A stretch of 64,000 nucleotides of DNA, taken from assembly GCA_035510735.1 (NCBI GenBank), contig DATKGN010000006.1, positions 1,429 through 65,428 of the forward strand, written 5' to 3'. Under the pieces are notes generated by a model. It was given only the letters and a program-made list of their open reading frames with translations, searched no databases and was not told the DNA's origin. A program made the translations under genes and the position numbers. The first letter of the stretch is position 1, and each line of letters opens with the position of its first letter. Of the stretch, positions 49,223-60,309 are shown one piece after another. Source of the stretch: Patescibacteria group bacterium. Its GTDB lineage: Bacteria; Patescibacteriota; Microgenomatia; UBA10105; UBA927.

Positions 49223-49238
49223 ACAATTCCTAGAGCCT

Positions 49239-49267
49239 AGTCTATCGCAGAAATCCCGAGGTGTCAA
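49239..49267 (-). promoter_or_regulatory. Sigma70 promoter of the argG-pyr operon
   Basis: TTGACA-17 nt-TAGACT. Confidence 0.7.
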
Positions 49268-49381
49268 TACAAAACCGTCTTTTTTGTAAGGAAAAGTGCA
49301 AAAATGATCAAGTATGAACCAATAACTCGTCATTTTATTGAAATAATAGATATAATTCACTATTTTAACAAAAGTGAGATA

Positions 49382-49879
49382 CTATAACGTACGACCGTGA
49401 TATGAAGGATGTGAAGTGGTTTTACTGATCCCTCCGAGATTTTTACGGAAGAGCGCATAGAAAATATCTCCCTTCGTGACAAGACCGACTACCTCGTCTT
49501 TTTCGGACAGAACCGGCATTTGGCTAAGTCGTCGCGCAATCATTCGCGACAACGCCCGCATAACCGGCGAATCCGCTCTGGTAAAAACCACACGGGTCCG
49601 CATGACATCTCGGGCTTTTGTATTCCCGAGTTCCCGGACCTTACTTTCCATCTGTTCAAAATCTTCAAAACTCGTTATGTCTTCAAAATACTCCTGATAA
49701 TTGGGAAAAAGCGCTTCAAGTAAATCTTCTTTGGCGATAATACCTATAAGCTTTTTTTTAACATCGACAACGGGGATGGAATTCATGTGTTTCTTAAACA
49801 GCGATCTCCAGAGTTCCCGGATAGTCGTGTCCGGTGTCGCCGTAAACACATGTTGGCTCATGACTTGACGAACTTTCAT
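49382..49879 (-). CDS. CBS-domain pair protein
   Basis: KVRQVMS, IPVVD..KLIGII..DLL, DVM, PVL..VVGLVT.GDI. Confidence 0.9.
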   Translation of the reverse strand: MKVRQVMSQHVFTATPDTTIRELWRSLFKKHMNSIPVVDVKKKLIGIIAKEDLLEALFPNYQEYFEDITSFEDFEQMESKVRELGNTKARDVMRTRVVFTRADSPVMRALSRMIARRLSQMPVLSEKDEVVGLVTKGDIFYALFRKNLGGISKTTSHPSYHGRTL

Positions 49880-50017
49880 ATGCACCTCTTTTCTGCTTCT
49901 TAAAGGAGAAGCGATTCGATGATATGCGGTTTAAGTCAAAAATAATTTCTCAAGCGACGTTGGGCCGTTTGAAAGTGTAGTGTATCGATTATATATCTGT
50001 CAACCCCGCGACAATAA

Positions 50018-50452
50018 TTAGTGGTTGGATGAAGAAATCGGCGTTCGTTGACGATGACGTCTATATACTTTAAGTTCCAGTAGTGACCGCCTAAGCATTG
50101 CTTGGGCTGTAGCAAGCTCATCACCGGTAGCACGCCCGGCAATAACATTTTTAGCTGCTTCCTGTGCTTTTTTAATTTCCGTTTCATTGAGCTCATGCGC
50201 ATGAACGGCACGCGACACGAGAATCGAAACTTTGCTTTGAGCAACTTCCATGAAGCCGCCGCCGATAGCGAGCAGATACTCTTTCGGTCCGACGGTAATT
50301 TTAATCTCACCCTCACTAAGCGATGAAAAGAGCGGCTCGTGATGCGCAAGGACGCCGATTGAACCATTCTGTGTCGGCACAACCACACTATCAACTTCTT
50401 CAGCAAAAGCCTGCCGCTGTGGGGTGATGATCTCAAGTAAAAATTTTGTCAT
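50018..50452 (-). CDS. atpC: ATP synthase F1 epsilon subunit
   Basis: LEIITP, GSIGVLAHH.PL, GGFMEV. Confidence 0.95.
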   Translation of the reverse strand: MTKFLLEIITPQRQAFAEEVDSVVVPTQNGSIGVLAHHEPLFSSLSEGEIKITVGPKEYLLAIGGGFMEVAQSKVSILVSRAVHAHELNETEIKKAQEAAKNVIAGRATGDELATAQAMLRRSLLELKVYRRHRQRTPISSSNH

Positions 50453-50453
50453 A

Positions 50454-50515
50454 TCGTTAAGCGTAAATAGTTAAGCGTAAACCGCGATTGACGATTAACG
50501 GTTAACGAATAACGA
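50454..50515. repeat. Inverted array of degenerate heptamers between atpD and atpC
   Basis: TCGTTAA GCGTAAA TAGTTAA GCGTAAA / TTGACGA TTAACGG TTAACGA ATAACGA. Confidence 0.7.
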
Positions 50516-50519
50516 ACTT

Positions 50520-52812
<2,293 letters not shown>

Positions 52813-52816
52813 GTTA

Positions 52817-54328
52817 TCAAGCCGTGAATGTCTTTTTAAACTCAGAAACTGCATTTTTTAATCCTGTTTCGATTTCCGGCGTAATCGTTTTTTCTTTGGT
52901 TATCGCCGTCAACACTTTTTTGTGTGACCGTTCAACATACGTTAAGAATTCTTTTTCAAACCGTGATATGTCGGGAACCGGAACGTCATCAAGGTATCCG
53001 TTTGAACCCGCCCACATACTTGCAACCTGCTGTGCCATCGAAAGCGGCGCACCCCTTCCCTGCTTTAACAGTTCCATCATCCGGGCACCCCGTGCAATCT
53101 GTTTTTTGGTTGTCTCATCAACATCAGTCGAAAACTGTGCGAAAGCCGCAAGCGACCGATATTGGGCAAGGTCCAGCTTAAGGCTGCCCGCTACTTTTTT
53201 CATCGCCTTCACCTGCGCGGCTCCTCCGACACGGGAAACCGAAAATCCGACGTTAATAGCGGGCCTCTGTCCTGCGTTAAATAAATCAGACTCCAAAAAG
53301 AGCTGACCGTCGGTAATAGAGATAACGTTGGTCGGAATGTATGCTGAGATATCATTTGCCTGCGTTTCGATAATAGGAAGCGCCGTAATTGATCCTCCGC
53401 CGTGTGCCGCGTCCAGTCGGCATGCGCGCTCCAAAAGCCGGCTGTGAAGATAGAACACATCTCCCGGATAGGCTTCTCGGCCGCTTGGACGCTTCAAAAT
53501 AAGGGAAATCTGGCGGTATGCCCATGCATGTTTGGTCAAATCATCGTAGATGATAAGGACATCTTTACCCTTATCCATGAAATACTCAGCCATGGCACAT
53601 CCTGCATAGGGTGCGATATATTGATACGCAGCGGAATCGGCTGCCGAGGCCGCTACAATGATCGTATGTGCCATCGCTTTATGTTCGGCAAGCTCAGTTG
53701 CCACCTGCACGATACGCGACGTCTTTTGACCGACAGCGACGTAAATACAGATCACTCCCTCTTCTTTTTGATTGATGATCGTATCGACGACAACCGAGGT
53801 CTTCCCCGTATTGCGGTCTCCGATAATGAGTTCACGTTGTCCACGGCCGACAGGGATCATGGCATCGATCGCCTTGATACCGGTTTGAAGGGGAGTATTG
53901 ACCGGTTGACGAACAACGACGCCCGGAGCAATCTTCTCAAGAGGATAGAATTTTTTCGCCGTAATTTTCCCTTTACCGTCAATCGGGTCTCCGATTGGGT
54001 TAATAACGCGGCCTAAAAATGCCTCATCGACTGGCACGGACAATAATTGTCCGGTTGCTTTCACTTCATCGCCCTGTTTTAACTTGAGATAATCACCTAA
54101 AATAATGGCTCCGATTGAATCTTCTTCGAGGTTAATGGCAAATCCGTAAATTTCGTGTGGAAACTCAAGCCGTTCAAGATACGCGACATTTGGAAGCCCG
54201 CTGATTTTTGCAACGCCGTCACTGATGGACGTAATATATCCGACGTGCTTTGACGTCATCTTCGGCTCGAAGGACTCCATCTTTTTGGCGAGATCTTTTG
54301 CAATTTGTTGTGTGATATCGTTTTTCAT
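52817..54328 (-). CDS. atpA: ATP synthase F1 alpha subunit
   Basis: [36 protein letters not shown]. Confidence 0.98.
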   Translation of the reverse strand: MKNDITQQIAKDLAKKMESFEPKMTSKHVGYITSISDGVAKISGLPNVAYLERLEFPHEIYGFAINLEEDSIGAIILGDYLKLKQGDEVKATGQLLSVPVDEAFLGRVINPIGDPIDGKGKITAKKFYPLEKIAPGVVVRQPVNTPLQTGIKAIDAMIPVGRGQRELIIGDRNTGKTSVVVDTIINQKEEGVICIYVAVGQKTSRIVQVATELAEHKAMAHTIIVAASAADSAAYQYIAPYAGCAMAEYFMDKGKDVLIIYDDLTKHAWAYRQISLILKRPSGREAYPGDVFYLHSRLLERACRLDAAHGGGSITALPIIETQANDISAYIPTNVISITDGQLFLESDLFNAGQRPAINVGFSVSRVGGAAQVKAMKKVAGSLKLDLAQYRSLAAFAQFSTDVDETTKKQIARGARMMELLKQGRGAPLSMAQQVASMWAGSNGYLDDVPVPDISRFEKEFLTYVERSHKKVLTAITKEKTITPEIETGLKNAVSEFKKTFTA

Positions 54329-54335
54329 ATGTTTT

Positions 54336-54692
54336 TTATTGATTTAACAGAAGGGCCAGCTGTTCAAGTTGACCTCTCATTGTCGTATCCACGATCCAGT
54401 CCCCCACCTGAATCCGCAGACCTGCAATGATGAGAGGGTTAACGGTACTTTCCAACTGTACTTCGTGTCCCAGTAATTTGACAAGAGCCTTCACGAGCCG
54501 CGCTTTTTCCTCTTCAGTAAGAGCGACGCTCGTTTCCACTTTGGCAATTTTTTCCTTCTTGGCGGTCGCCGTCACTTTCCCCAAAAACGCCTGCACCTTC
54601 GGTAACACTGCTTTTGATCGGTCTTCATGACGGAGATAATTGACAACCCCGTCAACGAGTCCGCGTGCATCTTTGGTTAAAGGTGTATCCAT
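54336..54692 (-). CDS. atpH: ATP synthase delta subunit (short form)
   Basis: V.TSV.L..V.P.IIAGL.IQVGD..VD.T; position between atpF and atpA. Confidence 0.85.
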   Translation of the reverse strand: MDTPLTKDARGLVDGVVNYLRHEDRSKAVLPKVQAFLGKVTATAKKEKIAKVETSVALTEEEKARLVKALVKLLGHEVQLESTVNPLIIAGLRIQVGDWIVDTTMRGQLEQLALLLNQ

Positions 54693-54694
54693 AG

Positions 54695-55195
54695 TTAAAC
54701 CGATTTCATCGACTCCAGCTCACTCACGTGTTTGGCTATCATCGCGTGTTTTTCTTCGTTGGACAAAACTCCCGTCAACAGCCGTTTAGCCATCGCGATA
54801 GCAAGCTCGACTGCGCTGGCCTGAACCTGCTTTTGCATCGCAAGCCGCTCATGATCGATATCCGCCCGGGCTTTGAGAAGGATCACTTCCGCTTCCTTAT
54901 GCGCTTCGGCAATAATTTCCTTTTCCTCTTCTTTGGCCTGTTTCCGAGCTTCCTCAATAATGTCCTGACCCTCTTTTCGGACCGTGACGAGCATTTTCTG
55001 CTTTTTCTCTTCAAATTTTTCTTCCTCTTCGCGCATCTTCGCTGTCAGATTGAGGCCTTCAGCGATCTCTTTCTTCCGTTTTTCAAGCATACCGAGAATC
55101 GGTTTATATAAAAGCTTTGACAGCACAAACACTATAATCGCAAAGTTGACGATTTGTGCGATCAGTAATTTTGGTTCAATTCCTAATTTATCCAT
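54695..55195 (-). CDS. atpF: ATP synthase Fo b subunit
   Basis: QIVNF.I...L..LLYKPI...LE.R followed by a coiled coil. Confidence 0.93.
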   Translation of the reverse strand: MDKLGIEPKLLIAQIVNFAIIVFVLSKLLYKPILGMLEKRKKEIAEGLNLTAKMREEEEKFEEKKQKMLVTVRKEGQDIIEEARKQAKEEEKEIIAEAHKEAEVILLKARADIDHERLAMQKQVQASAVELAIAMAKRLLTGVLSNEEKHAMIAKHVSELESMKSV

Positions 55196-55239
55196 AAATG
55201 TTCCTTTCTATAACATCTGGCACATCAATGCCATTTTAC

Positions 55240-55260
55240 CATCCCGCTTAGGGCGGGATG
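55240..55260. other. Stem-loop between atpE and atpF
   Basis: CATCCCGC-TTAGG-GCGGGATG perfect 8-bp stem. Confidence 0.6.
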
Positions 55261-55288
55261 AGAAAACATCATTGTTTCCACTCACTCT

Positions 55289-55522
<234 letters not shown>

Positions 55523-55540
55523 TCACCTCCGATCAAAATT

Positions 55541-56272
55541 TTATGCGTGCTCCTCTCCGTGTGATACGGCGACATTGAGAAATACTGCGGTCAGCATTGA
55601 GAAAACAAGCGCCTGGATGAACCCGACGAATAATTCCAGGGTTAAGAAAGGGAGCGGCACGAGGAACGGCATGAGGAATGCCATAACTGCAAGGAGGACT
55701 TCGCCTGCAAAAATATTGCCGAATAACCGGAACGCAAACGAAATGACTTTCGACAGTTCAGACACAAGCTCAAGAATACCCAGGAGAAACATAATAGGGT
55801 TTGAAAAATTGATAAAGCGCGAACTGTAATGAAATCCGACTACCTTAAACCCGAAGTACTGAATTGCGATAACCGCAACGAGCGCGAGTCCGATCGTCAT
55901 ATTAAGATCAGCGGTTGCAGCCCTTAGGAGCGGTACAAATTCTTCACCATGGAAAAATCCAATGGTTCCGAAACCGGGCAAAAGCCCCAACCAGTTTGCT
56001 GTAATGATAAAAAGGAAAAAGCTTGCAACCAACGGGAAAAACTTATTGATATGCTTCTCTCCCGTAACGGACTTAAAAAAGTCATAGAGGCCTCCGATCA
56101 ACACTTCCGCAATTACCTGTATTCCCGATGGGATCATTTGAAGATTTCGTGTCGCAGCCCAGGAAAAAATAATGAGAACCGCCATGGTCACCCATGTTGC
56201 AAGAAGCGAATTGGTGATCGGCATTCCGAGAATGCTTCCGATTCTTTCCGCTGCAAGCGATATGTGTAGCAT
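55541..56272 (-). CDS. atpB: ATP synthase Fo a subunit
   Basis: NWLGLLPG, TADLN, RLFGNIFAGE, IQALVF..LT. Confidence 0.96.
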   Translation of the reverse strand: MLHISLAAERIGSILGMPITNSLLATWVTMAVLIIFSWAATRNLQMIPSGIQVIAEVLIGGLYDFFKSVTGEKHINKFFPLVASFFLFIITANWLGLLPGFGTIGFFHGEEFVPLLRAATADLNMTIGLALVAVIAIQYFGFKVVGFHYSSRFINFSNPIMFLLGILELVSELSKVISFAFRLFGNIFAGEVLLAVMAFLMPFLVPLPFLTLELFVGFIQALVFSMLTAVFLNVAVSHGEEHA

Positions 56273-56333
56273 ATATTCCTTAATTTGTTTACGATTGTGT
56301 TAATACCCGAACAAATTTTATTTGAAGGGTATA

Positions 56334-56675
56334 TTATTTTTTTTGATTCAATAGTTCACGGATAGTCTGTATAAATCCGACAACTGAAATGACGATGCCG
56401 ACAAAAAGTAATAAGAGGGTTGCTTTTGGGTACGTTGATAGTCTTCTATCAATGTATGCCCCGAGTAACCCCCCACCGACAATCGGCAGCGCGATCGCAT
56501 ATCCGATTTGACCGACAAACCCGAGATAGAACCATGCACCAGTATCTTCTTTCCTCTTCTTTTTAGGTGAATTCCCGCTTACTTCAACAATCCCGTTAAT
56601 ATCCTTTATGTGAAGCCGATATGATTCTTTCTTCGGTCCTTTTTGTTCTCCAAACTTTTCTATTTTCGTATTCAT
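56334..56675 (-). CDS. AtpZ/AtpI-like membrane protein
   Basis: GQIG..IA.P...G.LLG..ID...T.P..TL; first gene of the atp operon. Confidence 0.75.
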   Translation of the reverse strand: MNTKIEKFGEQKGPKKESYRLHIKDINGIVEVSGNSPKKKRKEDTGAWFYLGFVGQIGYAIALPIVGGGLLGAYIDRRLSTYPKATLLLLFVGIVISVVGFIQTIRELLNQKK

Positions 56676-56831
56676 TGTAGTAAATGAAAGCCTACTCCGT
56701 CAATGCGTAACCGTGATGCATGTGTGTAAGGTAGGTTACATTTAGGCACGGGCATATTGAAGCCTTGAGCACCTTCAGCCCTAGGATTCTTTTATTGTAT
56801 ATCAATCTTCTTCATTATCACAAAGCTGAAA

Positions 56832-56899
56832 TTCCACGAAGCGGCATTAACAACGCTCCCATCCGGGGTTGGTGACTCCCGGGATACCGCGTAGTGGGA
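56832..56899. repeat. Imperfect palindromic element downstream of dnaE
   Basis: CCACGAAGCGG..CCGCGTAGTGG outer arms; ATCCGGGG..CTCCCGGGAT inner arms. Confidence 0.45.
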
Positions 56900-59800
56900 T
56901 TATTCTGTTGAATAGGTTTGAGCTGAGAGTAAATTCGCATCATCAATGAGGATGGTGAGCCGGTCGTCTTTCTCGTCGATTTTACCGCCCACCGTCACGA
57001 TCTGGTCCATCTGCCAATAATCCATCGTCCGCGCATACACCTTAGGGAATACGACTATTTCAATTATTCCGGTCAGATCCTCGAGCTTCACGAAGGCCAT
57101 CTCATGGTTGCCGGCTTTTGTCGTAATCCGCTTCACATTGACGACAATTCCGCCGACTGATACCCGTTCACCGACCCTATTAACGTTGATATCGGCAATT
57201 GAGGTTAAGGAAAGCGTGCTTAGCTGCTTCCGGTACGGTTCCAAAGGATGCATCGTGAGGTAAAATCCCAATAATTCCTTTTCGTACGCCAGAAGCTCAG
57301 ACTGGGCGATCTCCGGCACTTGAGGGAGAATGTCAGAGAGAATCTGTTTTGCATCATCTTCGGCAAACAACCCGACCTGACCTGATGCGACCTGTTTTTT
57401 TTGCTTATGAACCTGGTCAAGAACCGCCGGAAGGAACGCAAGGAGTGCCGCGCGTTTCCCGAATGCATCCATGGCGCCGGCTTTGATGAGACTCTCAAGC
57501 ACTTTCTTATTGACCTTGCCGGTTTCCACACGGCCCAAGAAATCCCCGATTCCCACGAATTTACCGGCAGCGCGGGCGGCAAGGATGACTTCGATTGCCG
57601 CTTCACCCACATTCTTGACCGCAGACAGTCCGAAACGGATCTTTTCATTCTCTATCGTAAACTCCACGTCCGATGAATTCACGTCTGGAGGGAGGAGCGC
57701 GATTCCGGTCCTCCGGCACTCGGCAACGATACTTGAGATCTTATCGTCGCGTGCCGGCCCCGTATTTGCCCGGGACTCAGCAGCCAATACCGCAGTCATG
57801 TATTCAACTGGATAATTGGCTTTGAGGTACGCTGTCTGATAGGCAATCATGGCGTAACATGCCGCATGCGCTTTGTTAAATCCGTAGCCGGCGAAGGGCT
57901 CAATGAGATTGAAAATCTCCTCAGCGCCCTGCCTGGCCATCCCGTTTTTGATACATCCTTCGACAAATTTCTCCTTCTGTTTCTTCATTTCCGAAGGAAT
58001 CTTTTTGCCTACTGCCTTCCGAAGCTTATCGGCGTCCCCCCACGAGTAACCGGCCAGGGTGATGGCGGTCAAAAGCACGTCGTCCTGGTAGGCGATAATC
58101 CCGTAGGATTGTTTCAAAACATCCTTAAGCCGGGGGTCCGGGTACATAATCTGTGTGGGATCGTGTTTCCGCCGTATAAATTCGGGGATGACCTGCATGG
58201 GTCCGGGCCGGAAAAGGGCGACCATCGCCATGACATCGAAGATGTTGGTGGGCCGTAATTCCTTGATGTAGCGCCGCATGCCCGCCGACTCAAGCTGGAA
58301 TACGCCTGTTGTCTCGCCGCTTGAAAGCATTTTGTAGGTCTTCGCGTCGTTAAGCGGGATTGAGGATAAGTTAATCGTCTCCCCGCGCACTTGTTTAATA
58401 AATTTGAGGGCCTGTGTCATGATCGTCAGGTTCCGTAAGCCCAAAAAGTCCATCTTGAGAAGCCCCACGCCGTCTTCGCCTACGGTATACATATCGTATT
58501 GGGTCACAATCCGCTCGCCCTTACTCTCACGCTGGAGCGGTGTATACTCGACGATCGCCTTGTCGGCGATGACAACGCCTGCTGCATGAACCGACGCATG
58601 GCGTGCAACGCCTTCGAGCTTCCGCGCGACATCAAGAAGCCGCTTGGTCTCCGGTTCACTTTGGTACGCCAGAGCGAGCTCTGGCGCCTGCTGGATAGCT
58701 TTATCGATTGTCATCGCACTTCCCTGAAATCCCATGGGAATCATCTTTGAAATCCTATCCGGCTGTGCATAGGGCATCCCGAGCGCCCGGCCGGCATCAC
58801 GGACGGCACCGCGCGCCTCCATCGTGCCGAAGGTGATAATCTGGGCGACCTTGTCCGAACCATACCGCTGTGTGACGTATTTGATGACTTCATCACGCCT
58901 ATCATCAGCAAAATCAAGGTCGATATCGGGGGGGCTAGGGCGGAATGGATTTAAAAACCGCTCAAACGGGAGGTTAAAGAATAAGGGATCAATGCCGGTG
59001 ATGTTGAGGATAAACGAAATAACTGACCCCGCAGCCGATCCGCGTCCGGGTCCGACCCCGATCCCGTTATTCTTAGCCCAGTTGACGAAATCCTGGACGA
59101 TAAGGAAATACGTCGAATAGCCCTTGGTATTGATAATGTCGAGCTCGTAATTGATCCGTTCCCGTACCGCTTCCGTCATCTTTGGATATTTCGTAGGCGC
59201 CCGGTCCCAAACCATTTTACGTAGGTACGAAGCCGGCGTCTCTCCCGCTTCAAGCGGATACTGCGGCAAAATCCATTTTCCGACAGATAAGGTGATGTCG
59301 CACATGGATGCGATCTTGACGGTATTTTCAATCGCCTCAGGATATTGGATGAAAAGTCCGCGCATCTCTTCGGGCGAACGCATATAAAAATCAGGCGACT
59401 CAAGCATCGAGAGCGGCCGGTCCTTCTCTATCATCGTGTGCTGGGTCTGGACGCAAAGGAGAATTTCCTGCGCCTCCGCATCTTCGGGGTCTACATAATG
59501 AATGTCGTTGGTCGCGACCAAGGGAAGGCCAAGCTTGCGCGACAGCGCAACGAGCTTCTCATTGATTTCGTCCTGGAGGGGAATATGGGGGTGTTTCTGA
59601 AGCTCTATATAATAATGATCGCTGCCGAAAAGCTCGCTATACTTCCTCGCCGTATCCTCTGCCTCTTTGTCTTTCCCCTCACGCAGGAGTACGGATATCT
59701 GCCCCTGAAGACACGCGCTGGTGCAGATGATCCCTTCGTGATATTTGGTCAGAAGTTCGAAGTCGATGCGCGGTTTGTAGTAGTAGCCTTCAAGGTGCGC

Positions 59801-60124
59801 GATCGTGACGAGCTTCATGAGGTTCTTGTATCCTTCCTCGTTTTTGGCAAGGAGAATGAGATGGTATGGGTCGGTATCAATCTTTCCCTCTTTATCGAGG
59901 TGGCTCCGGCGGGCAATATACGTCTCCACTCCTAAAATCGGTTTAATGCCCGCGGCTTTGGCTTTAAGGTAAAACTTGAAGGAGCCGTACATGGCGCCGT
60001 GATCGGTGAGGGCCAAGGCATCCATCCCGAACGATTTGGCGCGCTCAATAAGGTGGTCCAATTTCCCCAGTCCATCAAGGAGTGAAAATTCGCTGTGCGT
60101 GTGCAAGTGTACAAAATCTCCCAT
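56900..60124 (-). CDS. dnaE: DNA polymerase III alpha subunit
   Basis: FVHLH.HS.FSLLDG PHP domain, GPGRGSAAGS, PDIDLDF, KMDFLGL, FNKAHA, OB fold; no intein. Confidence 0.98.
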   Translation of the reverse strand: MGDFVHLHTHSEFSLLDGLGKLDHLIERAKSFGMDALALTDHGAMYGSFKFYLKAKAAGIKPILGVETYIARRSHLDKEGKIDTDPYHLILLAKNEEGYKNLMKLVTIAHLEGYYYKPRIDFELLTKYHEGIICTSACLQGQISVLLREGKDKEAEDTARKYSELFGSDHYYIELQKHPHIPLQDEINEKLVALSRKLGLPLVATNDIHYVDPEDAEAQEILLCVQTQHTMIEKDRPLSMLESPDFYMRSPEEMRGLFIQYPEAIENTVKIASMCDITLSVGKWILPQYPLEAGETPASYLRKMVWDRAPTKYPKMTEAVRERINYELDIINTKGYSTYFLIVQDFVNWAKNNGIGVGPGRGSAAGSVISFILNITGIDPLFFNLPFERFLNPFRPSPPDIDLDFADDRRDEVIKYVTQRYGSDKVAQIITFGTMEARGAVRDAGRALGMPYAQPDRISKMIPMGFQGSAMTIDKAIQQAPELALAYQSEPETKRLLDVARKLEGVARHASVHAAGVVIADKAIVEYTPLQRESKGERIVTQYDMYTVGEDGVGLLKMDFLGLRNLTIMTQALKFIKQVRGETINLSSIPLNDAKTYKMLSSGETTGVFQLESAGMRRYIKELRPTNIFDVMAMVALFRPGPMQVIPEFIRRKHDPTQIMYPDPRLKDVLKQSYGIIAYQDDVLLTAITLAGYSWGDADKLRKAVGKKIPSEMKKQKEKFVEGCIKNGMARQGAEEIFNLIEPFAGYGFNKAHAACYAMIAYQTAYLKANYPVEYMTAVLAAESRANTGPARDDKISSIVAECRRTGIALLPPDVNSSDVEFTIENEKIRFGLSAVKNVGEAAIEVILAARAAGKFVGIGDFLGRVETGKVNKKVLESLIKAGAMDAFGKRAALLAFLPAVLDQVHKQKKQVASGQVGLFAEDDAKQILSDILPQVPEIAQSELLAYEKELLGFYLTMHPLEPYRKQLSTLSLTSIADINVNRVGERVSVGGIVVNVKRITTKAGNHEMAFVKLEDLTGIIEIVVFPKVYARTMDYWQMDQIVTVGGKIDEKDDRLTILIDDANLLSAQTYSTE

Positions 60125-60136
60125 AATTAGTGCGGT

Positions 60137-60219
60137 TGTCATTGCGAGCCCGTTCTTACGGCGAAGCAATCCCTCCCTGCGCAGGCAGGTCAAATACAAA
60201 AATCTTCGCTCGCAACGAC
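60137..60219. repeat. REP/RPE-like element with nested CCT..C-GCAGGCAGG insert in the dnaE leader
   Basis: TGTCATTGCGAG..GAAGCAATC..CTCGCAACGAC, same family as 41174-41259. Confidence 0.7.
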
Positions 60220-60240
60220 CGATCGAACGCTGTTCGTACA

Positions 60241-60271
60241 ATAGCTAAAACCTATGGGAGATGCAAGAGGA
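60241..60271 (-). repeat. 31-bp direct repeat, copy 1 (dnaE promoter)
   Basis: ATAGCTAAAACCTATGGGAGATGCAAGAGGA; minus strand reads TTGCAT-17-TATTGT. Confidence 0.9.
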
Positions 60272-60309
60272 AATCACATCTACATCGTTAACGATTTTGT
60301 TGAATACTT

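Noticed and set aside
49156-49240. PyrR-binding loop, T-box or known riboswitch in the operon leader
   Set aside because: No AGUCCAGAGAGGCU-like PyrR motif, T-box sequence or recognisable aptamer, and the leader is only ~75 nt
60125-60241. N-terminal extension of DnaE given in the ORF track
   Set aside because: It is translated repeat and leader sequence; the PHP motif starts at the ATG at 60124 and the promoter overlaps the upstream start
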